Origin: Candidatus Dojkabacteria bacterium
GTDB taxonomy: Bacteria > Patescibacteriota > Dojkabacteria > J137
DNA length: 58,889 nucleotides
Assembly (NCBI GenBank): GCA_937944235.1
Contig: CALDYZ010000039.1
Location: forward strand, 1-58,889
Direction of reading: 5' to 3'
Positions 27,147-38,640 of this stretch are shown here, piece after piece (within the stretch, counting starts at the first letter, position 1; every line of letters begins with the position of its first letter). Below the pieces are notes generated by a model, which had not been told where the DNA came from, searched no databases, and saw only the letters and a list, made by a program, of their open reading frames with translations. The position numbers were made by a program, and so were the translations under genes.

Positions 27147-28463
27147 TTAAATAACACCTTTACTTTTGAGCAAACTAATGTAATTACTCATTGAAATCAT
27201 ACCTTCATTTACACTTGTGGTTATAACATTGTTTATCTGATCAATCTCATCCTTTTTAATTAAATTCTGTATTGCATTGTTAACAAACATTAATTCAATT
27301 GCGGGTACAACACCACCATTAATAGTGCGTATTAGCTGCTGAGTTAACACAGCTCTCAAAGAAGATGCTATTGATATCCTAGCTAGAGATCTTTGCTCGC
27401 CTGGAAACATATCAATCATTCTTTGAATAGTTGAAGAAGCGGAATTAGTGTGCAAAGTCGCTAAAACTAAATGTCCCGTTTCCGACAACTTTAGAGATGC
27501 TGCCAATGTCTCTACATCTCTTATTTCTCCAACCATTAATACATCTGGATCTTGACGTAAAGCTGATTTTATTCCAGACTCCCAATCCATAAAATCAACC
27601 AAAAAATTTCTTTGATTTATAATTGACATACCCTTTGGATATATGTATTCTATTGGATCCTCTAAAGTAATTATTTTTTTCTGTTGAGATAAATTCAAAT
27701 AATTTATTAAACTCGCTAGAGTGGTTGTTTTTCCACTTCCTGTAGATCCAGTAATTAAAACCAATCCATTGTCAAATTTTACCAAACTACTTAAACTTGC
27801 AGGTAATGACAATTCATCCAAAGTCTTAATTTTCTCTGGGATCAGTCTTATGGATATCGAGTACCCGCCTACTACTTTTGCAATGTTCACTCTTAGACGT
27901 GTACCTCCAACACTTATTCCAAAATCTGTGCTGTCTTTAGACAGTAATTCAGACAATAGATTACGAGAACTGACCACATCATATCTATTCATCTCATTTA
28001 TATATCCTATAATCGTTTGACTCGTTATCACCTGAGACTTCAACATAATTAGTTCTTTGACTTTTCTTGCATAGACCCTATACCCAGGATTGATATGTAT
28101 ATCCGAGGCATTTAAATTCAATGCTTCGGTTATGATATCAATCAAACTGTAACTTTTCTTTGTTAATTCCATATTTTGTAAAAGTTTTGGTTGATCTGAT
28201 ATTGCTACTTGTTGATTGCTCATATTTTCATTTATCCTATCTGCGTTTTGCAGTACTTCAAATGAAATTTCACTTTTTTCTTGTTTACTCAAATTAAAAT
28301 TGCCATTACTTTGTTGTGAATTATTATCAACAAAGTCAGTTTGATTAACAAAATTTGCTGGCTGATTTGAACCAATATGCTGTTGAGCACCGGCCACATC
28401 TCTAAACAAACCTTCTTTTCTATTTTTTTTATCCCTAATATTTAGAATAGTCTGTATCGGCAT
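27147..28463 (-). CDS. pilT: Pilus retraction ATPase PilT with N-terminal extension
   Basis: ASDIHI, GSTGSGKTTTL, ITLEDPIE, ALRQDPDVLMVGEIRD, ETGHLVLATLHT, AIQNLIK. Confidence 0.93.
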   Translation of the reverse strand: MPIQTILNIRDKKNRKEGLFRDVAGAQQHIGSNQPANFVNQTDFVDNNSQQSNGNFNLSKQEKSEISFEVLQNADRINENMSNQQVAISDQPKLLQNMELTKKSYSLIDIITEALNLNASDIHINPGYRVYARKVKELIMLKSQVITSQTIIGYINEMNRYDVVSSRNLLSELLSKDSTDFGISVGGTRLRVNIAKVVGGYSISIRLIPEKIKTLDELSLPASLSSLVKFDNGLVLITGSTGSGKTTTLASLINYLNLSQQKKIITLEDPIEYIYPKGMSIINQRNFLVDFMDWESGIKSALRQDPDVLMVGEIRDVETLAASLKLSETGHLVLATLHTNSASSTIQRMIDMFPGEQRSLARISIASSLRAVLTQQLIRTINGGVVPAIELMFVNNAIQNLIKKDEIDQINNVITTSVNEGMISMSNYISLLKSKGVI

Positions 28464-28473
28464 ATAAAATATA

Positions 28474-30303
28474 CTAATATCTAACTCTGAACACCTCCTT
28501 TAACGAAGTATCTCCATCCAACACTCTAAGAATACCATCTTGTAACAAAGTTATCATTCCATTTTGTACAGCTAAACTTTCAATTTCACTTTCAGATGAG
28601 TTATTTTTAACCAAACTTAAAATATCTTTATTAGCCACCAAACATTCAAAGATACCTATACGTCCAATATAACCTGTATCTTCACATCTAGAACAGCCTA
28701 CTGGTTCATAAACATTTTCATCAATTTCATTAAGTTTATCCTTATACATTTTACCAAAAGAACTGTCTTTAAACTGTTGATTTATGGAGTCGAATACATT
28801 TCTTATAAACGACTTATCAATTTCAGTTAAATTTGCTTTTCTTTTACAATAAGGACACAATTTTCTAACTAATCGTTGACCTATAGACATTTTAATAGTG
28901 GATAGTAAAACATATTTTTCAACTCCCATATCTATCAATCTTGTAAACGTACTTGCTGCACTATTGGTATGTAAAGTGGTGTAAACCATCCTTCCTACCA
29001 ACGAAGCCTGTATAGCCAGAGTAGCAGTTTCATGATCTCTAATTTCACCTACCATAATGTAATCAGGATCTTGACGCAAAAAAGCCCTTAAACCATTAGC
29101 GAAATTAAGTCCTACTTCTGGATTTACTTGAACATGATTTACACCATCTATCCTTACCTCAACAGGGTCTTCTAGTGTAATTATATTAACACTTGGTTTG
29201 TTTATCATACTCAAAATTGTAGATAGTGTTTTAGTTTTTCCGCTACCTGTAGGGCCTGTAACGAATACTATACCTTGAGTAGTATTTATTATATTCTTCG
29301 TGAATTCTAAATTATAGTATCTTAATCCAAGTTCTTCTAAGGATATAATAGAAACATTTCTTTCCAATATTCTCATAACCACTTTTTCACCATAAACTGT
29401 TGGTATGCTAGAAACCCTCACATCTACAATTAAGTTAGAAGATTTATAATCAAACCTACCATCTTGTGGAATTCTATGCTCATCTATCTTCATGTCAGAC
29501 AAAATCTTTATTCTTGCCAACAAAGGAGGATGTAAATTAATATTGTTTATAGACATTTTTTCTATCAATACACCAGATAACCTAAAACGCACAACGATTT
29601 TATTTTCTTTTGGTTCAATATGTATATCCGATGCTTTATGATTAACTGCATAATCAAGTATCATGTTTACTATATTAACAACAGAAGATTCTTCAAAACT
29701 ATTATTATTTTTTGTTACATGATCTACTCTCTTATTAAAGTTATTGTTGAGTTCTCCGGTAAAAATTGCTGAATACTCTTTATCTAGGGTTGACTTTATT
29801 TTGTCCGGGTTAGTATAAAACAAATTATTTACTTTAATTTTGATAATTGATTCTAGTAATTTAACACCTTGCAGATCCAACGGATCTTTCATAGCCAAAC
29901 TTAAGCCGCTATTTATATTTTCGGATGTAGTACTTAAATTCGGGATAACGTCTAAATTTACAGGTATAAAATTATGGTCATAAAATATGTCTTTGTTAAC
30001 TTTGCTCAAAATATCTTTATTTGGTAAAACATCATCTAAATCTATGTATTTCCAATTTTTAAACTCTGCATAATATCTGTGGTATAAATCTATGTTGTTT
30101 ATATCCCAAGACTCATAAACCACTTCTTCCATTTTTTTCGATTCTTTTAATGCCCGTAATTTTAATTCATTGGCTTTATCAGTATTTAAATAATTTTTAG
30201 TGATCAAAAAATCTACGAAGTTTCTGCTATCCAAGTAAGTATTAAGTGGAGAAAATTTTGTGTTTACATTCGATTTTGTTGTTTGTAACGGTGTAACATC
30301 CAT
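28474..30303 (-). CDS. pilB: Pilus assembly ATPase PilB (GspE family)
   Basis: ASDIHIEP, PQDGR, GPTGSGKT, EDPVE, LRQDPD, CPYC..GCSRC..GYIGRIG. Confidence 0.95.
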   Translation of the reverse strand: MDVTPLQTTKSNVNTKFSPLNTYLDSRNFVDFLITKNYLNTDKANELKLRALKESKKMEEVVYESWDINNIDLYHRYYAEFKNWKYIDLDDVLPNKDILSKVNKDIFYDHNFIPVNLDVIPNLSTTSENINSGLSLAMKDPLDLQGVKLLESIIKIKVNNLFYTNPDKIKSTLDKEYSAIFTGELNNNFNKRVDHVTKNNNSFEESSVVNIVNMILDYAVNHKASDIHIEPKENKIVVRFRLSGVLIEKMSINNINLHPPLLARIKILSDMKIDEHRIPQDGRFDYKSSNLIVDVRVSSIPTVYGEKVVMRILERNVSIISLEELGLRYYNLEFTKNIINTTQGIVFVTGPTGSGKTKTLSTILSMINKPSVNIITLEDPVEVRIDGVNHVQVNPEVGLNFANGLRAFLRQDPDYIMVGEIRDHETATLAIQASLVGRMVYTTLHTNSAASTFTRLIDMGVEKYVLLSTIKMSIGQRLVRKLCPYCKRKANLTEIDKSFIRNVFDSINQQFKDSSFGKMYKDKLNEIDENVYEPVGCSRCEDTGYIGRIGIFECLVANKDILSLVKNNSSESEIESLAVQNGMITLLQDGILRVLDGDTSLKEVFRVRY

Positions 30304-30389
30304 AGTTATATTTGATATTATTTTTTATATTACTGTTTGAAGTACTACAAATATATAGTAATAATATTACAAGTTTATTGCAATTAAAA

Positions 30390-31022
30390 ATGTTCTATAT
30401 TCCTATAATCATTAAAAATTACGGACAGTTAACACTTAAAGAATTGTTATCTGACTTTATAAGCAAAAAAATAGACGTGGAAAATAACTTATCTAATGTT
30501 TTTGTCCTCAATAAAAATTACGATGGAGAGAACAGGCAATACATAGGGTTGGATGCTTTGAAAGCTTACTTTAAACAACTTTTTCTAAAGCACGATACCA
30601 CTAAAATTTATATTATCCTAGACGCTGATTTGTTAACCGATGAAGCTCAAAACTACTTACTCAAAGTTCTTGAAGAACCAAATCAAAACATAGCTATATT
30701 TTTAGTTGATAATGCTAACAACATGAAAATTAATTTACTAGCAACCATTCAATCTAGATGTTTAGTATATTATCTTAGAGGTACAGATTCATCTAATGAT
30801 AAATCTCAAAATGGTGATTTAGATTTATTAAATCCTGAAAGTTATAATTTTCAATTGCTCTATCATCAATTCATAAATAAAATTACTAAAATTGGTAGAA
30901 AACCCTCATTATTAGAATGTGACGACTTCTTTAAACACATACTAACGTCACAAAATACTGAATTATTGACAACCCTTTTTTTAATTGACTTAATTATTTC
31001 AAAAAAATATAATTTGGAATAA
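30390..31022 (+). CDS. holB: DNA polymerase III delta-prime subunit (reduced form)
   Basis: KIYIILDADLLTDEAQNYLLKVLEEP..LLATIQSRC; ATG 30390 preferred over TTG 30312. Confidence 0.82.
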   Translation: MFYIPIIIKNYGQLTLKELLSDFISKKIDVENNLSNVFVLNKNYDGENRQYIGLDALKAYFKQLFLKHDTTKIYIILDADLLTDEAQNYLLKVLEEPNQNIAIFLVDNANNMKINLLATIQSRCLVYYLRGTDSSNDKSQNGDLDLLNPESYNFQLLYHQFINKITKIGRKPSLLECDDFFKHILTSQNTELLTTLFLIDLIISKKYNLE

Positions 31023-31059
31023 TGATTCTATTTTCTATTGTTATTTTATCTTTTTGTAT

Positions 31060-31686
31060 ATGAGTGTTAATTTAAAAAAATTCTATTTCCTTTTATATAC
31101 ATGGAGTAGCACCATAATGTTCGCTATATTGGTATTGTGGTTGTCACAGATTCCTAATTTATCTGTTGCTTCTGATACAATGACTGACGAGATCGTGAAA
31201 GTAAGTTTTAGAATGACAATGTACGCAATTTTTTTTATATTGGTTTATAGATCATTTATACTAACTTTAAAAAGTACAGTGTTAAGGCTATCTAAGTGGA
31301 GATCTAAGAGAGAACAAGAAGAAGACAAAGAATTTGTATTTATAATAGAGACTCTTGTTTTAATTGCAACTATTTTTATTACCATCTGTTTTAGTTTTTT
31401 TGAGGAATACTCTCAAATAATGATAATGGGTAGAAATAATTCAAACCCTGTCGTTGCTTGTTCTATAGCTAATCTGCAGACAGGTATTTTAGAAAACTCA
31501 AGTTGCTTTCAGGCGTCATCTTTAAGTGAAGCTAACAAAGACGTTTTAGTTAGTATAATGTCTATCTTACTAACCGCTATTATCGTGTATTCTTTACCGA
31601 TTATTGGGGAATTAGAGGTCGCAATAAAGTACAAACTAGTCAATGTAGTAAAAAGGTTAAAGAAAGATAATAATAATAATACATAG
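31060..31686 (+). CDS. Membrane protein, VanZ-like
   Basis: Four TM segments; LSQIP, YAIFFILVYRS, EEYSQ...GR and DVL pattern resemble VanZ. Confidence 0.5.
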   Translation: MSVNLKKFYFLLYTWSSTIMFAILVLWLSQIPNLSVASDTMTDEIVKVSFRMTMYAIFFILVYRSFILTLKSTVLRLSKWRSKREQEEDKEFVFIIETLVLIATIFITICFSFFEEYSQIMIMGRNNSNPVVACSIANLQTGILENSSCFQASSLSEANKDVLVSIMSILLTAIIVYSLPIIGELEVAIKYKLVNVVKRLKKDNNNNT

Positions 31687-31720
31687 TTGTGATTTACAGA
31701 AGTTTTCTAATTTTGAAGAT

Positions 31721-33661
31721 ATGCTAGATCAAGATCAATATTCAGCGACGAACATAACAATTTTGAAGGGATTAGAAGCCGTAAGGAAACGACCTGCAAT
31801 GTATATAGGTGGGACTGATGTAAATGGTCTACATCATTTGGTATGGGAAATAGTAGATAACTCAATTGATGAAGCTCTAGCAGGATATGCTGACACTATA
31901 ATAGTAATCCTAAACAAAGACAAATCTATAACAATAAGAGATAATGGTAGAGGAATTCCAGTTGACATACATCCAGAAGAAAAAATTAGCGCTTTACAAA
32001 TAGCTGCGACTGTATTACACGCAGGTGGTAAGTTCGATAATAAAACTTACAGAGTTAGCTCAGGCTTGCATGGTGTGGGACTGTCTGTTACTAATGCATT
32101 GAGTAAATATTGTCGAATCAAAGTATTTAAAGATAACAAAATATATTTTCAGTCTTATAAAAAAGGTATTCCTGATGATATAGTGAGAGAAATAGGTTAC
32201 ACATCAGAAAATGGTACAGAAGTAACTTTTTTGCCGGATGACGAAATATTTTCTACATTAGATTTTAATTTTAAATTGATAAGTAATAGATTAAGACAAC
32301 ATGCGTACCTAAATAGTGGAATTAATTTCGTCCTAGTTGATAACAGAACAGACATGACAAACCAATCAAAAGCATCAAAAAATGTGATTTATCGTTTTAA
32401 GGGAGGTCTTAAGTCTTATGTTAAAAATTTAAATTCGGTAGAAAAGGTTATACAAAAAAATATATTTCACGTAAAAAAATCAATAGATGATATAGAAGTA
32501 GAGGTAGCGATACAATATACAGAAGATATCCAGACAAACGAAATCGCTTTTGCAAACAATGTGTTAAATCCTGACGGAGGAACTCACTTATCTGGATTGA
32601 GAATGGCATTAACTAGATCAATAATAAACTATCAAAATGAATATGCCCCTGAAAAAGAAAAATCAATAAAGTTAACAGGAGATGATATAAGAGAAGGTTT
32701 GACTGCTGCAGTAGCTGTCAAATTATCTAATCCTCAATTTGAAGGTCAAACTAAAGGAAAATTGAACAACGTTGAGGTTACCCACGCTGTTAGAAGAGTA
32801 GTAGAGGAATCTCTAAGTTATTTTTTACAAGAAAACCCTGTTGATGCGAAATTGATACTAAACAAGATATTGCTAGCAAGTAAAGCAAGAGCTGCTGCCA
32901 AGGCTGCAAGGGAAAGTATTATCAAAAAAAGCATATTTGATAGTGGTGATTTACCTTCGAAGTTAGCGGACTGTTCAGATAAAGATCCTATAAAGAGGGA
33001 GTTATTTATAGTAGAAGGAGATTCGGCGGGAGGTTCCGCCAAAACAGGTAGAGATAGAAACTTTCAAGCAGTATTGCCTATGTTTGGGAAACCTATCAAT
33101 TCAGAAAGATATCGTTTAGATCGTGTTTTAGCTAATATCGCTATAAATGATCTAATTAAAGCATTAGGTTGTGGTATAGGAGAAAACTTTGATATCAAAA
33201 AACTCAGGTATCACAAGATAATATTAATGTCAGATGCCGATGTAGATGGATCACATATAAGAACTCTTATGCTAACTTTATTTTACAGACATTTAAAGCC
33301 CTTACTGGACTTGGGTTATGTATACATTTCTCAACCTCCTTTGTACAAGGTTATATTGTCAGCAAACAGAAGTATCTGGGTTAAGGATGATAAAGAAATG
33401 AAAAAAATAGAACAAGAAATTATTAATAAAACCGGTAAAAATCAGCCTATAGTAAAACAAAGATTTAAAGGATTAGGAGAAATGAACCCAGAGCAGCTAT
33501 GGGAAACTACGTTAAATCCTCAAACTAGAACTTTAAAGCGAATAACAATAAGTGATGGAGAACTTGCAAATAAAATGTTTGACATATTGATGGGGGAAGA
33601 AGTGATGCCCAGAAGATTATTTATCGAAGAGAATAGCAATTTAGCAGAATTAGATATTTAA
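31721..33661 (+). CDS. gyrB: DNA gyrase subunit B
   Basis: [56 protein letters not shown]. Confidence 0.97.
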   Translation: MLDQDQYSATNITILKGLEAVRKRPAMYIGGTDVNGLHHLVWEIVDNSIDEALAGYADTIIVILNKDKSITIRDNGRGIPVDIHPEEKISALQIAATVLHAGGKFDNKTYRVSSGLHGVGLSVTNALSKYCRIKVFKDNKIYFQSYKKGIPDDIVREIGYTSENGTEVTFLPDDEIFSTLDFNFKLISNRLRQHAYLNSGINFVLVDNRTDMTNQSKASKNVIYRFKGGLKSYVKNLNSVEKVIQKNIFHVKKSIDDIEVEVAIQYTEDIQTNEIAFANNVLNPDGGTHLSGLRMALTRSIINYQNEYAPEKEKSIKLTGDDIREGLTAAVAVKLSNPQFEGQTKGKLNNVEVTHAVRRVVEESLSYFLQENPVDAKLILNKILLASKARAAAKAARESIIKKSIFDSGDLPSKLADCSDKDPIKRELFIVEGDSAGGSAKTGRDRNFQAVLPMFGKPINSERYRLDRVLANIAINDLIKALGCGIGENFDIKKLRYHKIILMSDADVDGSHIRTLMLTLFYRHLKPLLDLGYVYISQPPLYKVILSANRSIWVKDDKEMKKIEQEIINKTGKNQPIVKQRFKGLGEMNPEQLWETTLNPQTRTLKRITISDGELANKMFDILMGEEVMPRRLFIEENSNLAELDI

Positions 33662-33663
33662 AT

Positions 33664-36330
33664 ATGACAAATGTAGAAAAAAATTATACATATAATTTGC
33701 CGTACTTTGACTCTAACCATATAAGAGATTTTGAACCTTCTGAAAAGGTAGAAATAGTGGAAGAATTAAAAAAAAGCTATATAGATTACGCTATGAGCGT
33801 GATTATATCCAGAGCTTTACCTGATTTAAGAGACGGACTAAAGCCTGTACAGAGAAGAATTCTATATGCTATGTACAATATGAACATTTTACCTGGTACA
33901 CCCTACAAGAAAGTGGCAAGAATAGTTGGAGATGTTATAGGTAAATATCATCCACACGGAGATAGTTCCGTAACCGATGCATTAGTAAGAATGGGCCAAG
34001 ATTTCAATATGAGATACCCTTTGATTGATGGTCAAGGTAATTTTGGATCTTTAGACGGAGATCCTGCTGCAGCTATGAGATATATAGAGGCAAGATTGTC
34101 AAAAATCGGACTAGAGCTCTTAGAAGGAGTAGATTATACATGTGATTTTATTTCTAATTATGATGGAAATGAGCTTGAACCAATAATACTACCTGCTAAA
34201 TTTCCTAATATTTTAATAAACGGATCCGAAGGTATAGCAGTAGGTATGGCCACTAAAATACCTCCCTACAACCTGACAGAAATATCCAATGGAATTGTTT
34301 ATATGATACAAAATGGCAAATTAAATAGAGGTAATTTAGATAAAAATGTTGATTATTCAAAAGATATACAAAATTTAAATGATATAAAAAAGTTACCAAA
34401 AAATAGATTTCCAGAATTTTTAACAGACATTAATACAGATAATCTAATGCATTATATCAAAGCACCAGATTTTCCAACTGGAGGAGAAATTTTATGGACA
34501 AATGATATAAAAAATATACTAGATCATGGGAAAGGCTGTATAACTATAAGAGGAGTAACAAAGATAGAGAAGTTAGATGGTGGTAAAAACTGTAGGATAG
34601 TAATAACAGAAATACCTTACCAAGTAAATAAATCCAGTCTAGTAGCAAAAATAGTTCAACTAGTTAAAGAAAAAAAATTAGATGGCATATCAGATTTAAG
34701 AGATGAGTCAAACAAAGAAGGAATTCGAATTGTTTTAGAAATAAAAAAGGATGTAAATCCTCAAACAATAATAACAAAGCTATATAAACTAACGGAAATG
34801 CAAAAAAATTTTAGCGCCAACATAATTGTTTTACACAAAGGTCAACCTAAGGTTATGGGAGTAAGAACTATATTGAAAAATTTCATAGAATTTAGAATAG
34901 AGATCAACATTAGGCAAAAAGAACACGATCTGGCAAAAGCAAAAGAACGAGAGCACATATTACAAGGTTTGATGATAGCAGTTAACCACATAGACGAAAT
35001 AATAGCAATTATTAAATTCTCAAAAGATTCGGAAGAAGCAAAAAATAATTTATGTAAAAAATATGTGCTTTCAGAAATACAAGCCCAAGCTATATTGGAC
35101 ATGCAGTTAAGGAGACTTGCAGCTTTGGAGAGAGAAAAAATAGATCAAGAGTATCATGAAACAGTCGATAAAATAAGAGAAATTTTAGAGTTGCTAAATG
35201 ATGATGAGAAGTTACTTATGCTATTGATAGATCAAACTAAAGAATTAAGTAAAAAATATGAAGATGACAGGAGGACCGCAATAAATATGTCTGATGCAAA
35301 AGATATTCCCTTAGAAGAAACCATACCAAATACAAAAACATTAATTACTTTATCTGAAAAGGGATACATAAAGAGAGTGGAATTTAATAATAATAAAATA
35401 CAAAACAGAGGAGGGGCGGGGAAAAAAATTGCAACTACAAAACACGAGGATTTCATAAAACACATTTTACCTTGTATGACACATGATGAAATAATGTTTT
35501 TTTCGGATTTTGGCAAAGTTTATTCAATAAAAGCTTATGAAATTCCAGAGTCATCAAACACATCTAAAGGCATTCCAATAATAAACTTGATAAAAATAGA
35601 TCCGTCAGAAAATATAACAAGTATTTTGACTAAAAACACAAAAGGAGAAGTTTTTGATGAAGACATAAAACAAGAAGAAAGTGAATCATATATTTTTAAT
35701 GGTATCACAAACAACTCTAAAAATAATAAATTTGAATATTTATTAATGGCTACAAAACTAGGCATGGTAAAAAAAACAAGTATATTAGAATTTCAAAATA
35801 TAAGATCAAATGGATTAATAGCGATCAATTTACATGAAAAAGACAAATTAATTTGGGTTAAACCAACCACCGGTTCTCAAAATGTTTTATTAATTACTAA
35901 AATGGCTAAGTCTATTCACTTTTCAGAAAGAGATGTTAAGGAGACCGGAAGATCTAGTCAAGGAGTTAGAGGTATTAAGCTAAAAGATGGAGATGAAGTT
36001 ATATCGATGGACATTGTGAGACCAACAGAGAATCTAATTTTGACTATTTCGGAAAATGGGTATGGTAAAGTTACGAATTTAAGCCACTTCACAATACAAA
36101 AGCGAGGTGGATCTGGTATTCTAGCTGCCAAAATAAATGCAAAAACAGGTAATTTAGTTATTGGTAGAATTATTGACCATCCTAATAAGGAATTAATGAT
36201 CGTAAGTAGATTTGGACAAGCTATTAAAATCAACACCAACAATTTACCTCTAAGAAACCGTCAAACTTCAGGTGTAATTCTCATTAGATTAAAAAATGAA
36301 GATAAAGTATCTGCTGTAGCCATTGTGTAA
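33664..36330 (+). CDS. gyrA: DNA gyrase subunit A
   Basis: [26 protein letters not shown] (catalytic Tyr), GyrA box QNRGGAG, beta-pinwheel repeats. Confidence 0.97.
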   Translation: MTNVEKNYTYNLPYFDSNHIRDFEPSEKVEIVEELKKSYIDYAMSVIISRALPDLRDGLKPVQRRILYAMYNMNILPGTPYKKVARIVGDVIGKYHPHGDSSVTDALVRMGQDFNMRYPLIDGQGNFGSLDGDPAAAMRYIEARLSKIGLELLEGVDYTCDFISNYDGNELEPIILPAKFPNILINGSEGIAVGMATKIPPYNLTEISNGIVYMIQNGKLNRGNLDKNVDYSKDIQNLNDIKKLPKNRFPEFLTDINTDNLMHYIKAPDFPTGGEILWTNDIKNILDHGKGCITIRGVTKIEKLDGGKNCRIVITEIPYQVNKSSLVAKIVQLVKEKKLDGISDLRDESNKEGIRIVLEIKKDVNPQTIITKLYKLTEMQKNFSANIIVLHKGQPKVMGVRTILKNFIEFRIEINIRQKEHDLAKAKEREHILQGLMIAVNHIDEIIAIIKFSKDSEEAKNNLCKKYVLSEIQAQAILDMQLRRLAALEREKIDQEYHETVDKIREILELLNDDEKLLMLLIDQTKELSKKYEDDRRTAINMSDAKDIPLEETIPNTKTLITLSEKGYIKRVEFNNNKIQNRGGAGKKIATTKHEDFIKHILPCMTHDEIMFFSDFGKVYSIKAYEIPESSNTSKGIPIINLIKIDPSENITSILTKNTKGEVFDEDIKQEESESYIFNGITNNSKNNKFEYLLMATKLGMVKKTSILEFQNIRSNGLIAINLHEKDKLIWVKPTTGSQNVLLITKMAKSIHFSERDVKETGRSSQGVRGIKLKDGDEVISMDIVRPTENLILTISENGYGKVTNLSHFTIQKRGGSGILAAKINAKTGNLVIGRIIDHPNKELMIVSRFGQAIKINTNNLPLRNRQTSGVILIRLKNEDKVSAVAIV

Positions 36331-36647
36331 ACTAGGTAATTAAAACTATAGTAGATATAGTGGAGTTTAAAAAATGACAGTTTTAGACGAGTCACAAGTG
36401 TTTACAAATTACTGAGTATAATGTATCTTATATTTAGTTAAATATCGATATCATAATGCATATATTGATTATTATTTATTAATTAAAATTTAACAAATTT
36501 GCTTGTTTGCTTGTTTTACTTTAATTATTAAAATAATAAAAAAATGGAAATTTTGTACGTTAACTTTTTATTTACTAAAAAAAATTTTTTTAAACCTACT
36601 CTCTACCACTCTAATTCTTCAAATGTTTCACAAATATTGTTTCATAA

Positions 36648-37565
36648 CTAAAACAATAACTTGCCATAAATACCCCACTCGCCATTCATTAATACTGTAA
36701 ATAAAATTACCACTAAAACGAAGATGTACTCTATATAGAGACTATGAATATTATTTTGTATTCTATGTTTCGATTCTAATAGAAGATTAAACGTCAAATA
36801 ATACACCAAAGTAATATTTAATGTTTTTAAAAATACGACTATGTTCCAAGGAATTAAAGCAAATATAAACAGTACCATTATTAATACCACAAAAATCGCT
36901 TCCTTTAAGCTCGATAAATCGTATGATCTAAGGAGTAAGCTAAATAACTTTTTGTTATTACTTTTATAAGAAGTAGTTGTATTGGTACCTAGGCCGATAT
37001 ATGGATCTCTAAAAACTTCTTGAAATTTACTAAAAAAAGAACTTACATAGACCTGTATGAAAATTGAAATGATTAAGATGGTAAAATACAATATCTTATC
37101 CGTTTCTACGGAACTTAAGAACAAAAAGACATTTATGTAAATAATAAATATAGATAATATAAACTGCGCAGTTCTTGCAACCTGCTCAAGTGGAATGTAT
37201 CTACTTACTGTACCATTAAATAAGTTACTAATATTAACAAGTATGTAATGTACAATAAAAAAAATAATAAAATAAACAAATATATGCCAAAGTAAATATT
37301 CATTTGCTTCATAAACGACAATTAATCTATTAACTAAAAACACCAACGGTGCTATTGACGACAAAGGATAAATTATTACTAATATTAGTGCGTCCTTATG
37401 GATAGCTTTACCTGTAATGATCCAAAATAAGAATATAAAACTAACCGGATATACTATAAAATAAAGTATGTTACTTAAATCTTCCGATACATTGAAACAT
37501 GCCAAAATCAACAAAAAACTTAAATATGCTGAAGTGGATAATATGTATAATCTAGTTTTTTTCAT
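36648..37565 (-). CDS. Multi-pass membrane protein (possibly DUF5656-like)
   Basis: About 9 hydrophobic segments; overlaps the ruvB end; family call is tentative. Confidence 0.7.
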   Translation of the reverse strand: MKKTRLYILSTSAYLSFLLILACFNVSEDLSNILYFIVYPVSFIFLFWIITGKAIHKDALILVIIYPLSSIAPLVFLVNRLIVVYEANEYLLWHIFVYFIIFFIVHYILVNISNLFNGTVSRYIPLEQVARTAQFILSIFIIYINVFLFLSSVETDKILYFTILIISIFIQVYVSSFFSKFQEVFRDPYIGLGTNTTTSYKSNNKKLFSLLLRSYDLSSLKEAIFVVLIMVLFIFALIPWNIVVFLKTLNITLVYYLTFNLLLESKHRIQNNIHSLYIEYIFVLVVILFTVLMNGEWGIYGKLLF

Positions 37566-38640
37566 ATTTATTTTCCGATGATAAATTTAGTAAATATGAA
37601 ATCCCATCTTGGGTAATCATTCTACCTTTAGATGTTTTTAATATGAAACCCAATCTAAGCAAATATGGTTCGAATATACATTCGATATTATTAGCGTCCT
37701 CTCCCACTATAGAAGATAGCGTTTTTAGACCAACTGGATTAGGCATAGATCTATACAAAATTTTCAATATTTCCAAATCCAGACTATCTAGTCCATATTC
37801 ATAAATTTCCAAAAGTTCTAAAACCTTTTTCGTTATATCAATATCGATAGTAAAGTCTTTTATTGTATCTTCTTGCGTTACTTGAGCTATGTAGAAATCT
37901 CTTATAGCTTTCAGCAATCTAATTGCTACTCTAGGAGTCATACGTGAATTTTTTGACAACAAGTACAACGATTCGTCATCTACACTGAATCCCATAATTT
38001 TTGATTTCTGTTTCAAAATTTCAACTAATTCATCTGATGTGTAATAATCAAGCTTCATTATTACAGCAAATCTGTCTCTCAAAGGATTAGACACCTTCGA
38101 CAACATAGTAGTGGCACCTATGAGTGTAAACGGTTCCAAATTCAATTTAATCACTCTAGCCGAAGGACCCTTTCCAACTAAAACGTCAACATAACCATCT
38201 TCCATCGCTGGGTATAAAGTCTCTTCAACAGAAGATTTTAACCTATGTATTTCATCTATAAATAATATGTCATTTCTAGATAAACTCCCTAATACAGAGG
38301 TTAAATCTGTAGGTTTATCTATGTTATTTCCATTCAAATATGTTAAGTTACCTCTACCATATTCATTTGCTATAACAAAAGCAATTGAAGTTTTACCTAA
38401 TCCTGGAGGGCCGTGCAAAAGAATGTGTTCCAAATTTTTATCTCGTTTTTTTGCTGATACAATTATATTATTTAAAATCGTTTTTTCTTTATCTCTACCT
38501 ATAACCTCAGAAAACGATTTAGGTCTCAACGAAACTTCTTCTATAGCATTATCAAAACTCATATCTTTGTCGACAAAATTATCACTCAACAAGATAGAAT
38601 TTCTCTTTAACTTTTGATTTTTCTTTTTACTTATTACCAT
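37552..38640 (-). CDS. ruvB: Holliday junction branch migration helicase RuvB
   Basis: SLRP, GPPGLGKT, FIDEIHRL, YPAMED, FTLIGATT, PLRDRF, EPYL. Confidence 0.97.
   Translation of the reverse strand: MVISKKKNQKLKRNSILLSDNFVDKDMSFDNAIEEVSLRPKSFSEVIGRDKEKTILNNIIVSAKKRDKNLEHILLHGPPGLGKTSIAFVIANEYGRGNLTYLNGNNIDKPTDLTSVLGSLSRNDILFIDEIHRLKSSVEETLYPAMEDGYVDVLVGKGPSARVIKLNLEPFTLIGATTMLSKVSNPLRDRFAVIMKLDYYTSDELVEILKQKSKIMGFSVDDESLYLLSKNSRMTPRVAIRLLKAIRDFYIAQVTQEDTIKDFTIDIDITKKVLELLEIYEYGLDSLDLEILKILYRSMPNPVGLKTLSSIVGEDANNIECIFEPYLLRLGFILKTSKGRMITQDGISYLLNLSSENKYEKN

Noticed and set aside
36331..36647. AT-rich spacer after gyrA with a TTTGCTTG tandem and the 65-aa ORF 36503-36700
   Set aside because: Low complexity, TTG start, overlap with a convergent gene, and no DnaA boxes or convincing structure.
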